From a virus (taxonomy: Duplodnaviria; Caudoviricetes), in IMG/VR virus record IMGVR_UViG_3300028585_000505, positions 1 to 37,017 of that record: a DNA stretch of 37,017 nucleotides; one strand, 5' to 3'. The notes under the pieces are model-generated. The model saw nothing but the letters and a program-made list of their open reading frames with translations, made no database searches and was not told the origin of the DNA. The translations under genes were made by a program, and so were the position numbers. Of the stretch, positions 9,770 through 19,202 are shown piece after piece; position 1 is the stretch's first letter, and every line of letters begins with the position of its first letter.

Positions 9770-12700
9770 CAGTTGTCCACCCTCTTGAAATGAATGGTGC
9801 GGAAGAAGCGCTCGCCGCTTGCACAGTCGAAGCGCAGCTTGCAGAAGTTCAGCGGATCGGCCGAGGTGTCCAGGCCGCCTAGCTTGATCACCGCCAGGCG
9901 CCCCTGCATCTGCGGCTTGACCAACTCAGCCACGCCGACAGCGGTCGCTGCCACAGCGGTGACGGTGGTGTTGCTGTCGATGAGATCCCTGCTGACGTCG
10001 GCCACGTAATAGCGCTTGTCGTCTGGATCCTTCTCCAGCACCCACTGCCCGTCGACCTTGCTGAACCACAGCGTGCGGTCGATCTGCTCGCCGTTCGCGA
10101 GGGTCACCCGGAACGTGCAGAAGTTCAGCGCGCCGCGCAGCTCGTCGAAGCCGCCCAGCTTCACTGGTATCAGCGATCCCTGGACGACTGGCTGCTCGAG
10201 CACCTTCACGCCGCTGACGATCGCCTCAGCCTTCACTGCGGTGGTGCCGGCCTCGGCAAGATCGATGCGGAGGTCGGCGACGTAGTAGCGCTCGTCCTCG
10301 GGCACCTTGTCGATCGACCATCGGCCGTTCCGGTAATACGGCGCGTCCGGCACTATCGTGTTCGGCTTCGTGCCGAACGGAATAACCCGCGTGCCACCAG
10401 GGAACACGACCTTGCGGCTGGCCGGGATCTTGCTGGCGTCGATGGCGATCTCCACCGGCGGCTCGTTGGCCAGGGTGGTGAAGCTGGCCGACAGCGGCGT
10501 CGAGCGGTTGCCAGCGTCGTCGTAGGCGCGCACGCGCACCGGGTACGTCGTCGCCGCGATCAGCGCCGAAATAGCGAATGACCGCGACAGCCCGGCATTT
10601 ACATAGCTCGTGCCACCGTTGATGCTGTACTCATAGCCCGCCACCGCGACGTTGTCGGTCGCCGTCTGGAACGACAGCGTGGCGCCGGTCGTGGTGACGC
10701 CAGTGATGCCGATCGTGCCGCTCATTACCGGCGCGGCGGTGTCCGGGGCGGCCGCAGCCTGCGTCGCCACCATTTCCGTTTCCACCGTCATCGGCAACGG
10801 CAGCGCGCCATTGCTATAGACAGCGTTCGTGACGCCCGGCGCCGACCCGGACAGATACTTGACGATCGGCTCGACGAGCGCCACGCCGCACTCGATCTCG
10901 ATCAGGCCAGCATTGACGCGCTGCGCTGCGATCCCGGTCAGCGTCACGTAGGTGCCGTCCGGTTGCTTGTTCTGGACGGTGAAGCCACCAGGTGCAGCCG
11001 GGTTGAAGCTGGTCCCGTCTCGCGTGGTGACGACACAGCGCACCTTGGTGCCGGTGTAGGTCATCGCCGCCAGCGCCGGGCCGCGCACCATCTTCGAGTC
11101 TTCCCCGAGGTAGAAGGCGCGGCCGGCCTGGTGCATCGCCATCGTGCCGCAAGCGGCATAGCCGTCGAGGCTCGGCGCCAGGTGCACGTTGTCCGACGCC
11201 GGCGCGAACTGCAGCGCCTGCACCTGTACCACGCCCGGATAGTTTCCGATCCTGCTTTCAGCCTGGCGCAGCCGATCGGCCTGCACTGGGTTGAGCGCCG
11301 GCCGCGGCGGCGAGCCGACCCAGATGATTTTGAGGTCCGAGTTCCCGGTCTCTGTGCGCAGGTCGTCGATCAGCTTCTGCATGTCGGCTTCGTGCGCCGC
11401 GCTCGAGGTGATCCACCCGTTGTAGGCGTCGTTCGCCCCCACGGTGATATACGCGCCGAAAATCTTGCCTTTGACAGCCGCGATCGCGCGCGCCAGGTTC
11501 TTGCGTTGCGTGCTGGTTGCGTCCAGCCAGGTGCGCAGCGTGGTGCCGGCAACGCCGTAGGCGAGCCAGAAGATCGGCTTGCCGGCCACAGTGGCCAGCT
11601 CGTCCGCCATTCGCGTCGCCGCGCCGGTGCTGCTCATCGCCGACCAGGCCGGCGTGGTGCCGCTCATGACCGCAGTATCCGGCGCCACGGTAAAGCCGGT
11701 GCCGCTCTTGTCAGTGAACAGATAATCGGAGCTGGACGATCCGCAGTTGATCCACGGGTCGCCGACAAGAACCTTGGAGGTCGAATACGGGCTTTCCGCA
11801 AGCACGGCGCTGCCGTTCTTCGAACGCGCCTGAAACCTGTACGGGCCGCCGTCCAGCACCTCGCGCGCGCCGCTGTACGCAGTCGCGCCGATGCTTGCTG
11901 ACTGCAGCGCAACCCAGCTCCCAGGCATACCGTCGGGCGCGATCATGCGCACATCAACCGAGGTCGGCTGAGTGCCGCTCAGCGCGCCGGTGAACGTCAC
12001 CATGGCGCCGGTGCCGGTTGACGGCACAACCTGCAGCGGTTCCGCATTGCTGACGGTGACTACGTCGGCGGCGGCCGGCGGTTCGCTGGCGCCCTCCCGG
12101 TAGGCAAACGTCGGCTCCGCGCTGGTGGTCGGCGTGCCGGCCAGCGTGAACGGGAAAGCGTTTGGGCCGCGGTCCGCAATGTCGTCAATGCCGCTGGCGC
12201 GCACGTACAGCACCGGGGTGTAGCCGAAGTCTGCCGGCTCCTTGCCGGCCGCCGACTGGGCCATCTGGAAGGTCGTATAGGTGCGATTGAGGCGCAGCAT
12301 GCGCGACACCGACTGGTCGCTATAGCGATCAGCCGGCGTGACAACGCGCGCGCCGTACATCCACCCGCTGCCGTCCAGCGCCTTGAGGATCGCGCTGTTG
12401 CTGCTGGTGCTCGCCTCTGCCACGACGGCGCTGCCGTCGATTGGCGCCGCGCTCAGGATCGGGCAGCTGTACAACGTGACCGTGCCGCCGCTGCGCTGCA
12501 GGAAAAAGGCATAACGGCCGCTCGAGAACTGTGACGCGCTCAGCAGCGCCGGCGCATTGGCATTAGCCAGGGTGTCGGCATAGACGGCGATCCGACCTTG
12601 CAGCGTAGTGCCAGATACGCCGGAGCCGTAGAACACCACGTTCAGCGAACCAGCTGCCGCGAAGCCACCAGAGGAAAACAGGTACTGCGTGACGTTGCCA

Positions 12701-12822
12701 GTGGTGGTGCCGTCGAAGCCGGCGACGAAGGCCAGCAGCCAGTCGCCATTTGGGAATGCCAACAGGGAGCTATCCGGCGTGCCGATGGACTGATTGCCGG
12801 CGGCGCGGTCAAGTTTGATCAT
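9769..12822 (-). CDS. Large modular virion-associated protein: lectin-like N-terminus, SGNH/sialate O-acetylesterase-like domain, Fn3 domain, duplicated C-terminal domain
   Basis: SGNH blocks GDPWINCGSSS / YGVAGT / VGANDA / DNVH; Fn3 DTAAP..TATDNVAVAGY..VRAYDDAGNRS; two copies of (D/E)K.P.D.RYYVAD...KLGG.D...LNFC...GE...RT..F..VD. Confidence 0.75.
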   Translation of the reverse strand: MIKLDRAAGNQSIGTPDSSLLAFPNGDWLLAFVAGFDGTTTGNVTQYLFSSGGFAAAGSLNVVFYGSGVSGTTLQGRIAVYADTLANANAPALLSASQFSSGRYAFFLQRSGGTVTLYSCPILSAAPIDGSAVVAEASTSSNSAILKALDGSGWMYGARVVTPADRYSDQSVSRMLRLNRTYTTFQMAQSAAGKEPADFGYTPVLYVRASGIDDIADRGPNAFPFTLAGTPTTSAEPTFAYREGASEPPAAADVVTVSNAEPLQVVPSTGTGAMVTFTGALSGTQPTSVDVRMIAPDGMPGSWVALQSASIGATAYSGAREVLDGGPYRFQARSKNGSAVLAESPYSTSKVLVGDPWINCGSSSSDYLFTDKSGTGFTVAPDTAVMSGTTPAWSAMSSTGAATRMADELATVAGKPIFWLAYGVAGTTLRTWLDATSTQRKNLARAIAAVKGKIFGAYITVGANDAYNGWITSSAAHEADMQKLIDDLRTETGNSDLKIIWVGSPPRPALNPVQADRLRQAESRIGNYPGVVQVQALQFAPASDNVHLAPSLDGYAACGTMAMHQAGRAFYLGEDSKMVRGPALAAMTYTGTKVRCVVTTRDGTSFNPAAPGGFTVQNKQPDGTYVTLTGIAAQRVNAGLIEIECGVALVEPIVKYLSGSAPGVTNAVYSNGALPLPMTVETEMVATQAAAAPDTAAPVMSGTIGITGVTTTGATLSFQTATDNVAVAGYEYSINGGTSYVNAGLSRSFAISALIAATTYPVRVRAYDDAGNRSTPLSASFTTLANEPPVEIAIDASKIPASRKVVFPGGTRVIPFGTKPNTIVPDAPYYRNGRWSIDKVPEDERYYVADLRIDLAEAGTTAVKAEAIVSGVKVLEQPVVQGSLIPVKLGGFDELRGALNFCTFRVTLANGEQIDRTLWFSKVDGQWVLEKDPDDKRYYVADVSRDLIDSNTTVTAVAATAVGVAELVKPQMQGRLAVIKLGGLDTSADPLNFCKLRFDCASGERFFRTIHFKRVDN

Positions 12823-12836
12823 GTGGCGGCTACCGG

Positions 12837-13016
12837 TCAGGGGTTCAAAAGGCGCTCGCGCACGAACGCCAGCAGCTCCTCGTCGGACTTGCCGACTACT
12901 TCATCAGGGAATATCACCACCCTGCCCTTGCCAGACTGGATGGCGATCATGAAAGCGCCGGGGGCCTCCGCCTCGGCGCGCACGTTGGCGAGCCAGGCGG
13001 CGGTACCGGGGCTCAT
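12837..13016 (-). CDS. Small hypothetical protein, 59 aa (MSPGTAAWLANVRAEAE...)
   Basis: Fills the gap in the operon, 3 nt after the upstream stop. Confidence 0.6.
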   Translation of the reverse strand: MSPGTAAWLANVRAEAEAPGAFMIAIQSGKGRVVIFPDEVVGKSDEELLAFVRERLLNP

Positions 13017-13019
13017 GGG

Positions 13020-13187
13020 TTAATGGCCAGCGGCCAGCGATTCCGCGTAGGCGACCGCCTCCGCCGAGGTGTCGACCACGTCGGCCAGGCTCTTTTCCTG
13101 GGCTGCGTCGACTTCGACGATGTCGTTCGGTTGACCCAGTTCGCACGCGACGAGCACGCGCGCTTTCTTCTTTTTGGCTTCTGCCAT
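13020..13187 (-). CDS. Small post-capsid protein, 55 aa (MAEAKKKKARVLVACELG...)
   Basis: GGAGA ribosome-binding site; usual position after HK97-type capsid genes. Confidence 0.7.
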   Translation of the reverse strand: MAEAKKKKARVLVACELGQPNDIVEVDAAQEKSLADVVDTSAEAVAYAESLAAGH

Positions 13188-13241
13188 GGTTTTCTCCAGT
13201 GGTGGATGGAGGCCGGCGCCAGGCCGGCCAGCCCATTACGA

Positions 13242-14489
13242 TCAGGTCGCGCTGTTCTGGAAGTGCTTGATAGCGCCGCCGATGTCGACCATGTTTGCAC
13301 CCGAGCGGCAGAACGCCAGGAAACCGACTTGGCCCTTCTCGGTGTACTTCGAGTCCGTCATGCGGAACAACGTGACGTCCATCACGTCGCGGATCAGGTA
13401 CTTCGAGAAGTCGCCGAACAGGATCGACTTGGCGCTCGCGCCCATTGGCGCCATGTGCTGGTTGATCACGATTTCGCGGCCCATCAGGCGATCAGGCGCA
13501 CCACCTGGGTTGCCCTGTTCGTAGCCCGGGACGAAGATCGGGCGGCCTTGGCCATCCTTGATCTTGCGAATCGAACGCAGACTGTCGTCGTGCATCATCA
13601 GGCGGCCAGCCGGGCGATAGAACGGATCCACCGAGTGCTCCAGATCGACCAGATCGTCATAGGTGACGGTCGATGCCGAGCCAGTGGCGCCCACCTTGCC
13701 GGCGCTCGAAGCGGTGACAACCCCGCGCGGCTGCGACACCCCGGTGCCAACGGTATGGTGACGATTCTGGATGCGGCCGATGCGCAGGCGCAGCAGTTCG
13801 GTGATGTAGGCTTCGATGTTGAACATCGAGTCCTGGATCAGCTCGAATGGCAGCGCGATCGACTTGGACGAATATTTGTAAACGTCCATCGACGCCGAGC
13901 CGAAGCCGGTCTCACCGACGGTAACGCCGCTGTTCTGGCCCACGATCTCACCCTCCTCCTGGGTGGAGTCGGCAGTGGGGAACAGCATCTGCGCGCCAGT
14001 CGACGTCTGGATGCCGGTAGCGACACCGCGCACCGCAAAAGCCGCCTTCATCGCTTGAATCAGCGAGCGGCTAAATTCGGTCGCGACCGTGTAACCACCT
14101 TCCGCACCGGTGGTGGTCGACATCGCGGCGCGAATATCGTGGTTGACGCGGGCCGCCATCGCGCCGCGCTGCTCGGCACTCAGGTTCGACAGGCCGCCCG
14201 CCAACATGGCGCGAAGCGCCGAGCCTTCGTCGGTTGCGGCGCCGCTCTGACGCTGCGCCGCTTCTACCGCTGCGCGATGCTGCGCTTCGGGGTTGTCGCC
14301 CGCCAGCTCGGCCAAGCGCATTTCGCGGCTGATCTCGGCATCGATGCCAGCGATTTCGGCCAGGATCGAGTCCAGCTTTTCGGCTTCGGCGGCCGGCATA
14401 CGCTGGTCGGCCGGATATTTGTTGTTCAGTTCGTGGGCCTTCTTGGCCACGGTGTCGCGTTGCGCGCGCAGTTGTGCGAGCTTGGTCAT
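13242..14489 (-). CDS. Major capsid protein, HK97 fold
   Basis: Coiled-coil delta domain, EGGYTVATEF, ELIQDS.FNIE.YI, KDGQGRPIF, ILFGDFSKY. Confidence 0.96.
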   Translation of the reverse strand: MTKLAQLRAQRDTVAKKAHELNNKYPADQRMPAAEAEKLDSILAEIAGIDAEISREMRLAELAGDNPEAQHRAAVEAAQRQSGAATDEGSALRAMLAGGLSNLSAEQRGAMAARVNHDIRAAMSTTTGAEGGYTVATEFSRSLIQAMKAAFAVRGVATGIQTSTGAQMLFPTADSTQEEGEIVGQNSGVTVGETGFGSASMDVYKYSSKSIALPFELIQDSMFNIEAYITELLRLRIGRIQNRHHTVGTGVSQPRGVVTASSAGKVGATGSASTVTYDDLVDLEHSVDPFYRPAGRLMMHDDSLRSIRKIKDGQGRPIFVPGYEQGNPGGAPDRLMGREIVINQHMAPMGASAKSILFGDFSKYLIRDVMDVTLFRMTDSKYTEKGQVGFLAFCRSGANMVDIGGAIKHFQNSAT

Positions 14490-14536
14490 GTAAAACCTTT
14501 CGAAGGGGTTGGTCCGCTCTCGCGGCCGGTGGGCAT

Positions 14537-14560
14537 AAAAAAAGCCACCCTGAGGTGGCT
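14537..14560 (-). terminator. Intrinsic terminator-like hairpin between protease and capsid genes
   Basis: AGCCACC-TCAG-GGTGGCT-TTTTTT. Confidence 0.7.
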
Positions 14561-14580
14561 GGTTTAGTGGCGCGAGAGCG

Positions 14581-15336
14581 TCAGCTAACTTGGAGGCGGG
14601 CCATCATTGCAACCCGCTGCATCTGGCGCGCGCGGTGGTCTTCAGTGGCCACCGCGTCGGGCGGTGGGGCAGGCTCTGCAACCGGTGCGTTACTGTATGC
14701 ACTGAGATTCCAGCGCCGCGATGCGGAGGCGCTTGGTGCGGCGCTTTGAAGCACGCTGTCGATGAAGCCGAATTTCACTGCATCTTCGGCTGTGAACCAA
14801 GTCTCTGCCTTGCACCAGTCAATGACCTGCTGACGATCCTGCCCGCTCCGCAGCACATACGCGTCGTACATCGCGTCGTCGCACTTACGCAGCAGGTCGA
14901 CCGTCTGGAGCAGATCGTCGGCGTTGCCGATCGCCATAGTCCATGTCTGGTGAATCATGAACTTCGATGCAGGCGTGGCCACTACTTCATTGCAGGCGCA
15001 GGCGATAGAGGTTGCGGCGCTTGCCGCAAAGCCTTCAATCTGCATTTTGACGTGAGCCGGATGCTCGCGCAGGGCCTGGCACATAGCCTCAGCAGCGAAC
15101 ACATCGCCACCAGGGCAGTTGGTGTAGAGCGTGATCTCATCCGCCTCCAGCGCTCGGAGCGCCGGCACGAAATCCTGCGGACACACGCCTCCCCACCACT
15201 CGGCACTCAGTCGGTCGCCAACGATCGGGTCGTACAAATAGATCGCAGCATCGCCGCCCTTCTGGACGATCTTGTTGGCGATCGGCTCGAAGGGCTTGCG
15301 ATTTTCATTCAGCAGCTGGTACAGGCGATTGCGCAC
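14581..15336 (-). CDS. ClpP-like prohead protease
   Basis: NCPGGDVF, GFAASAA (catalytic Ser), FMIH, ETWFTAEDAVKFGFID; GTG start behind GGAGG. Confidence 0.92.
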   Translation of the reverse strand: MRNRLYQLLNENRKPFEPIANKIVQKGGDAAIYLYDPIVGDRLSAEWWGGVCPQDFVPALRALEADEITLYTNCPGGDVFAAEAMCQALREHPAHVKMQIEGFAASAATSIACACNEVVATPASKFMIHQTWTMAIGNADDLLQTVDLLRKCDDAMYDAYVLRSGQDRQQVIDWCKAETWFTAEDAVKFGFIDSVLQSAAPSASASRRWNLSAYSNAPVAEPAPPPDAVATEDHRARQMQRVAMMARLQVS

Positions 15337-16594
15337 TCGCGCCTCCATTCATCTTCAAATTAGGGTTGGACGGCATGTTTTCCAGCCGGCGAACCTCGTC
15401 CGCGCCCATGAACGGCATTTCGCCGGCGCGGCCCAGGGCGGTGCGATATGCGTCATACCGTGCTTTCAGGTCGCCGCGCTCGAGCGCCGCCGTGATGTAC
15501 TCGACAAAATATCGCTGGCGCACAGGCCAGAGCTTGCTGTTCAGTTCCTGCTGAATCGGGGTCAGGTGCCGCTGCAGCGTGTAGCGAACGAAGCCCATAC
15601 CCTGCTGGGCAACACCTGTGCCCCAATTTGATACCGCACCGCCGTGGCCAACCATGGTGGGCGGCACGCCGAAGATGCGGCAGATCTCTTCCACCGTGAA
15701 TAGTCGGGTGGCCAGGATTTCGGCGTCCTTTGAGTTGACGCTCAGTTGCGCCGGCTCCAGGCCACCCGACAGGATCAGCGGGCCGCGGCCACCGTTTTGC
15801 GCACGCGCGATGAGCGACGCTTTCAGCTGCTCGAGCTGGGCCTTGTCCAACTTCGACGCGGTCTTGAGCGCATAGTCGAAGTTGCCGCCGCCAGCGAGAA
15901 ATCGGCCGGTATATTCTTGCGCCGCCAGCGCGGTCCCGATTGCCTCGAGCGCGGCGTATGTCAGTGGACTCGGGCTGGTCAGGCCATCAAACCCAAGGCT
16001 CGGCAGATGAATGATGTCCGCCCGATCGAGCACGTACGATGGTCCATCTTCCGGATTGACCCGGTAGTAGATGCTCTTGCGGTCTTTAAAGGGCTGGACC
16101 GTCTGCCGCTTGAGCGGCTTCCAGCCGATGACGCGATTGCTGTACGGGCTTGGCCGGATCCACTCGCCGAAGCCGTCGCCGTGCGAAAGCTTCGACAGGA
16201 TGATCGCCTCCCATGCGGCGGCTGACGTCCATCCATCGCTAGCCAGCTCGTTGAGCATCCACCAGTAGTCATGGTCGGCAGAGTCGCGCTCGTTTCCCTT
16301 GCGCTCGTAGATCCCGATCGGCAACGTCGCGATTGCGCCGGCGACCAGCGACATGCAGCCGTAGGCGGCCGACACGCGCATGCCAGTCTCGGCGGTGACC
16401 GCCGATCCAGACGAGGAGCGGTGCCCCGCGCCAAGCAGGTTCGCCAGCTCACCCATCGACATACTGCCGCTGGAGTTCTCGCCAAGAGCGACCAGGCCGG
16501 CGCGCTCGGCAGCGCCATCGCGACCGGCCATCCAGGAGTCGAGCACGCGCGATTTATGCGGCGTCGCCTCCAGGTTAATCAGTTGTCCGGTCAT
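15305..16594 (-). CDS. Portal protein, HK97 family
   Basis: SAAYGCMSLVAGAIATLP, IIHL..GFDGL...SP, EEICRIFGVPP; start MTGQLINLE coupled to the terL stop. Confidence 0.95.
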   Translation of the reverse strand: MTGQLINLEATPHKSRVLDSWMAGRDGAAERAGLVALGENSSGSMSMGELANLLGAGHRSSSGSAVTAETGMRVSAAYGCMSLVAGAIATLPIGIYERKGNERDSADHDYWWMLNELASDGWTSAAAWEAIILSKLSHGDGFGEWIRPSPYSNRVIGWKPLKRQTVQPFKDRKSIYYRVNPEDGPSYVLDRADIIHLPSLGFDGLTSPSPLTYAALEAIGTALAAQEYTGRFLAGGGNFDYALKTASKLDKAQLEQLKASLIARAQNGGRGPLILSGGLEPAQLSVNSKDAEILATRLFTVEEICRIFGVPPTMVGHGGAVSNWGTGVAQQGMGFVRYTLQRHLTPIQQELNSKLWPVRQRYFVEYITAALERGDLKARYDAYRTALGRAGEMPFMGADEVRRLENMPSNPNLKMNGGASAQSPVPAAE

Positions 16595-18273
16595 CAAAAG
16601 TCCAATACGTGAATTTCCGGCGCCGCCTCCCCGACGGGGTTCAGCGCCATGAGCGATACCGCGCTGAACGCGGACATCAGCGGGTCGATTTTGGCCTTGC
16701 CCGATGCCTGTTTCGTGATCAGGATGGCGTTGCCTTTGTCTTCGACACGGGCGTTGCCGACGCACCAGGCCATCATCGGTCGACCGCCGTGCAGTAGATC
16801 GCGGCCAGCCACCTTGCGCTCGGTGGTCTTGATCGCGCCGTTAAGTCGGAAGCCCTGCGAGATCGCGACGATCTGCTTCATTTCGATGCCGCGCTCTTCG
16901 GTGATCAGTTCGTCCACAATATCGCCAATGCCGACTGCATCGACACCGATGCCCTTCTCGTCCGGAAGCAGCCCAGAATCGCGCACCCTGCAAATCAGGT
17001 CAGCCACGGCCATTACGTCGTCGCCCGGGCGCTTTACGATCGTCAGATCGCCCTGCTGCCGGAAGTCGAGCAGCCGCGACGCGATTTCCTTGCGGCGCTC
17101 GAGCGCGATTTCGTGCACCCAGGCATGGCACCATAGGAGCCACCTTCCCGTGTCGCGCTCGCGGCCCAACACCGACAGGCCCAGCAAGTCGTCCAGGCCG
17201 CCGCCGTCGATACCGATGACTGCAACCTCCGACCGCTCAAGCAGCGTGTCCAAGGTGATAGTTCGGTCGACTGCGGCCTCCCAGAACTCGGCCCCGGCCC
17301 AGCGATCACTGCGCAGATTCAGGCCGATTTCGACGTTGGCGTGCTTCGACATGAAGCCCCGTAGCGACTCCGGTCCGGCCTGTTGCGCCTTCGTGAACTC
17401 CCGCTCCAGGAAGACTTGGTCCACCGAGAATCCGATGTTCGGATTCACCATCGCCATGTTCTCGAGCAGCATGCATTCGCCCGACACCACCATTTCTGGC
17501 GGGTGCTCAAAGATGATCGGCACGAAGCCCTGGTCAACGATTTCTCCATCGCGGACCTTGCGGGCGTAATCGAGCTTCTGCTTGAACACCCCCGCTGGCG
17601 GCTCGTCGGACTGAGTCGTCAGCCAGATCACAAAGCCTTCAGGACGCGATGCCAGGCCGCCCAAGGCTTCGCGGAACATGTTTTCCGCAGCGGCCATCTT
17701 GCCAAACAGGTGCAGCTCATCGACCAGAGTGCCGACTGACTTCTTGCCGCCGACCGTGTTCTGATCCGCTGCCAGCACCTTCAGGATGGCATTGCTCTCC
17801 CGGTGGGTGATCTTCTTCTCATGCGACTGCACGTGCATCAGGGCGTCGAGGTCGTCGTCCTTCTGCACCATGTCACGCGCCGGCGTGTATGCGTTGTTCG
17901 CCACCTCGACGGTCGGCGCCAGCACCGAAAATTCAGCAGACTGGCGCCAGTTCAGGATCAGCGCGGTCAGCATGATCCCTGCGGCGACCGTGCTTTTGCT
18001 GTTCTTCTTCGGCAGCAGCACGAAGAACTCGACGATCAGGCGCCGGCCGCTCTCCGAGTCATATGCGCCGAAGATGCAGCGCACCAAGTCGAACACCCAT
18101 TCCGCGCACGATTCGCCGAAGGTCGGGCTGCCGGGCGCATCGACGATCTTCAGCTGCTTGAAGATCGCCAGCGCCTGCTCGGCCGGCTCGGGGAATATCG
18201 GCGGCGGGATGATTGTCGCGCCCGCGCGCAGCCGTGCCGCCCATTCAGGGCAAGCAGTTGTCCATTCGGGCAT
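16594..18273 (-). CDS. terL: Terminase large subunit
   Basis: Walker A-like PKKNSKST, Walker B LVDELH, nuclease GIDGGGLDDL and KIDPLMS. Confidence 0.96.
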   Translation of the reverse strand: MPEWTTACPEWAARLRAGATIIPPPIFPEPAEQALAIFKQLKIVDAPGSPTFGESCAEWVFDLVRCIFGAYDSESGRRLIVEFFVLLPKKNSKSTVAAGIMLTALILNWRQSAEFSVLAPTVEVANNAYTPARDMVQKDDDLDALMHVQSHEKKITHRESNAILKVLAADQNTVGGKKSVGTLVDELHLFGKMAAAENMFREALGGLASRPEGFVIWLTTQSDEPPAGVFKQKLDYARKVRDGEIVDQGFVPIIFEHPPEMVVSGECMLLENMAMVNPNIGFSVDQVFLEREFTKAQQAGPESLRGFMSKHANVEIGLNLRSDRWAGAEFWEAAVDRTITLDTLLERSEVAVIGIDGGGLDDLLGLSVLGRERDTGRWLLWCHAWVHEIALERRKEIASRLLDFRQQGDLTIVKRPGDDVMAVADLICRVRDSGLLPDEKGIGVDAVGIGDIVDELITEERGIEMKQIVAISQGFRLNGAIKTTERKVAGRDLLHGGRPMMAWCVGNARVEDKGNAILITKQASGKAKIDPLMSAFSAVSLMALNPVGEAAPEIHVLDF

Positions 18274-18738
18274 TTAGACCTTCTTTCCACCGGCGGCTAC
18301 CAGCTTCGGCGGCGCGGCAGCGGCGAATTTCCCCGCACCAGCCTGCTTCGCCTTATTTGCGTCTTCGTCCTTTTTGCCGCCCTCGCCGAGCTTCTTATGC
18401 TTAAACGGCAACATCGCCTTCGCGGCATCGATCCGCAACCGCAGGTCGGCCGCCGGCTCGTTCATCACCTTGGTGAGAAACTCGACCGGGTCGGCCGTGG
18501 GAGGAATGTCGATCGCGTCATCTGCCGGACCTGGCGGCGGCCCTGCCTTTGGGGGCGAGAACTGGGCCTCTTGGCGATGCTGATCGATGTAGGCTTTAAC
18601 ATCCGGGTCTTTAACATTTCTCGACCCGGCAGCAGATGCCGTTTTTTCACTGAAGCCGGCGCGAATCGCCGCTTCCTTATTGGAGAGCCCGGCCAAAACG
18701 GCATCGGCGAAGGCTCGCTTTTTGCCTGTTAAAGCCAT
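18274..18738 (-). CDS. terS: Terminase small subunit
   Basis: LTGKKRAFA....NKEAAIRAGFSEKTA HTH motif; GGAGG RBS; directly before terL. Confidence 0.92.
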   Translation of the reverse strand: MALTGKKRAFADAVLAGLSNKEAAIRAGFSEKTASAAGSRNVKDPDVKAYIDQHRQEAQFSPPKAGPPPGPADDAIDIPPTADPVEFLTKVMNEPAADLRLRIDAAKAMLPFKHKKLGEGGKKDEDANKAKQAGAGKFAAAAPPKLVAAGGKKV

Positions 18739-18749
18739 TAACAATTTCC

Positions 18750-18835
18750 TCCAGGGGGAATTTTTTCTGCGCGTGCGGTACAAGGGGGTGTCGGAGGCCA
18801 GGGTCCCCGGACTTTCGATGCCCCCCCCTATGGGC
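18750..18835. other. Probable cos packaging region
   Basis: Between HNH and terS; G8 run followed by ...CGCACGCGCAGAAAAAATTCCCCC on the minus strand, as in HK97-like cos phages; cut site not determinable. Confidence 0.55.
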
Positions 18836-19202
18836 AGCGCACCGACCGCGTGGGCGGCGGCGCCGGCGCGGGCGGCACGGCGAGGCGGTCCACGGCCAGG
18901 CAGACCGGAGCGCCAGGCTCGGCAGTGGTCGAGTCGCCCTGGCGCAGCACCGTCATGGCCAGTCCGCCCGACAGAACGATCACGCGCACATCAGGCGGCA
19001 GTGCGCGATCGGCCAACGCACGGATCTGATCGGCCTGCTCGCGGTTGACGAAGCGGTCTGTGGAGAACACGACTGCATCACCTGGCTGGAGGGTCAGCCG
19101 GGCGACCTGCAGCTCAATATCCTGCGCCGCGCTGCTTGGCTTCACGAGCCGACTTAGCGTCGTGGCAAGGCGTGCACAGAGTTTCTTTATTGCTGTCTTC
19201 AT
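18828..19202 (-). CDS. Hypothetical protein, start uncertain
   Basis: Protein-like segment IELQVARLTLQPGDAVVF..LPPDVRVIVLSGGL; best ATG (GGAGGAAG RBS) lies inside the HNH gene. Confidence 0.45.
   Translation of the reverse strand: MKTAIKKLCARLATTLSRLVKPSSAAQDIELQVARLTLQPGDAVVFSTDRFVNREQADQIRALADRALPPDVRVIVLSGGLAMTVLRQGDSTTAEPGAPVCLAVDRLAVPPAPAPPPTRSVRCP

Noticed and set aside
15100-15130. NCPGG instead of NSPGG in the protease as loss of the catalytic serine
   Set aside because: The ClpP nucleophile is the Ser in AASAA, which is intact along with the His
729-18732. Many long plus-strand ORFs opposite the structural genes (e.g. 2802-3908, 13023-14567, 16649-17569)
   Set aside because: Antisense shadows of high-GC coding sequence; no motifs or RBS, and the minus-strand genes have clear identities
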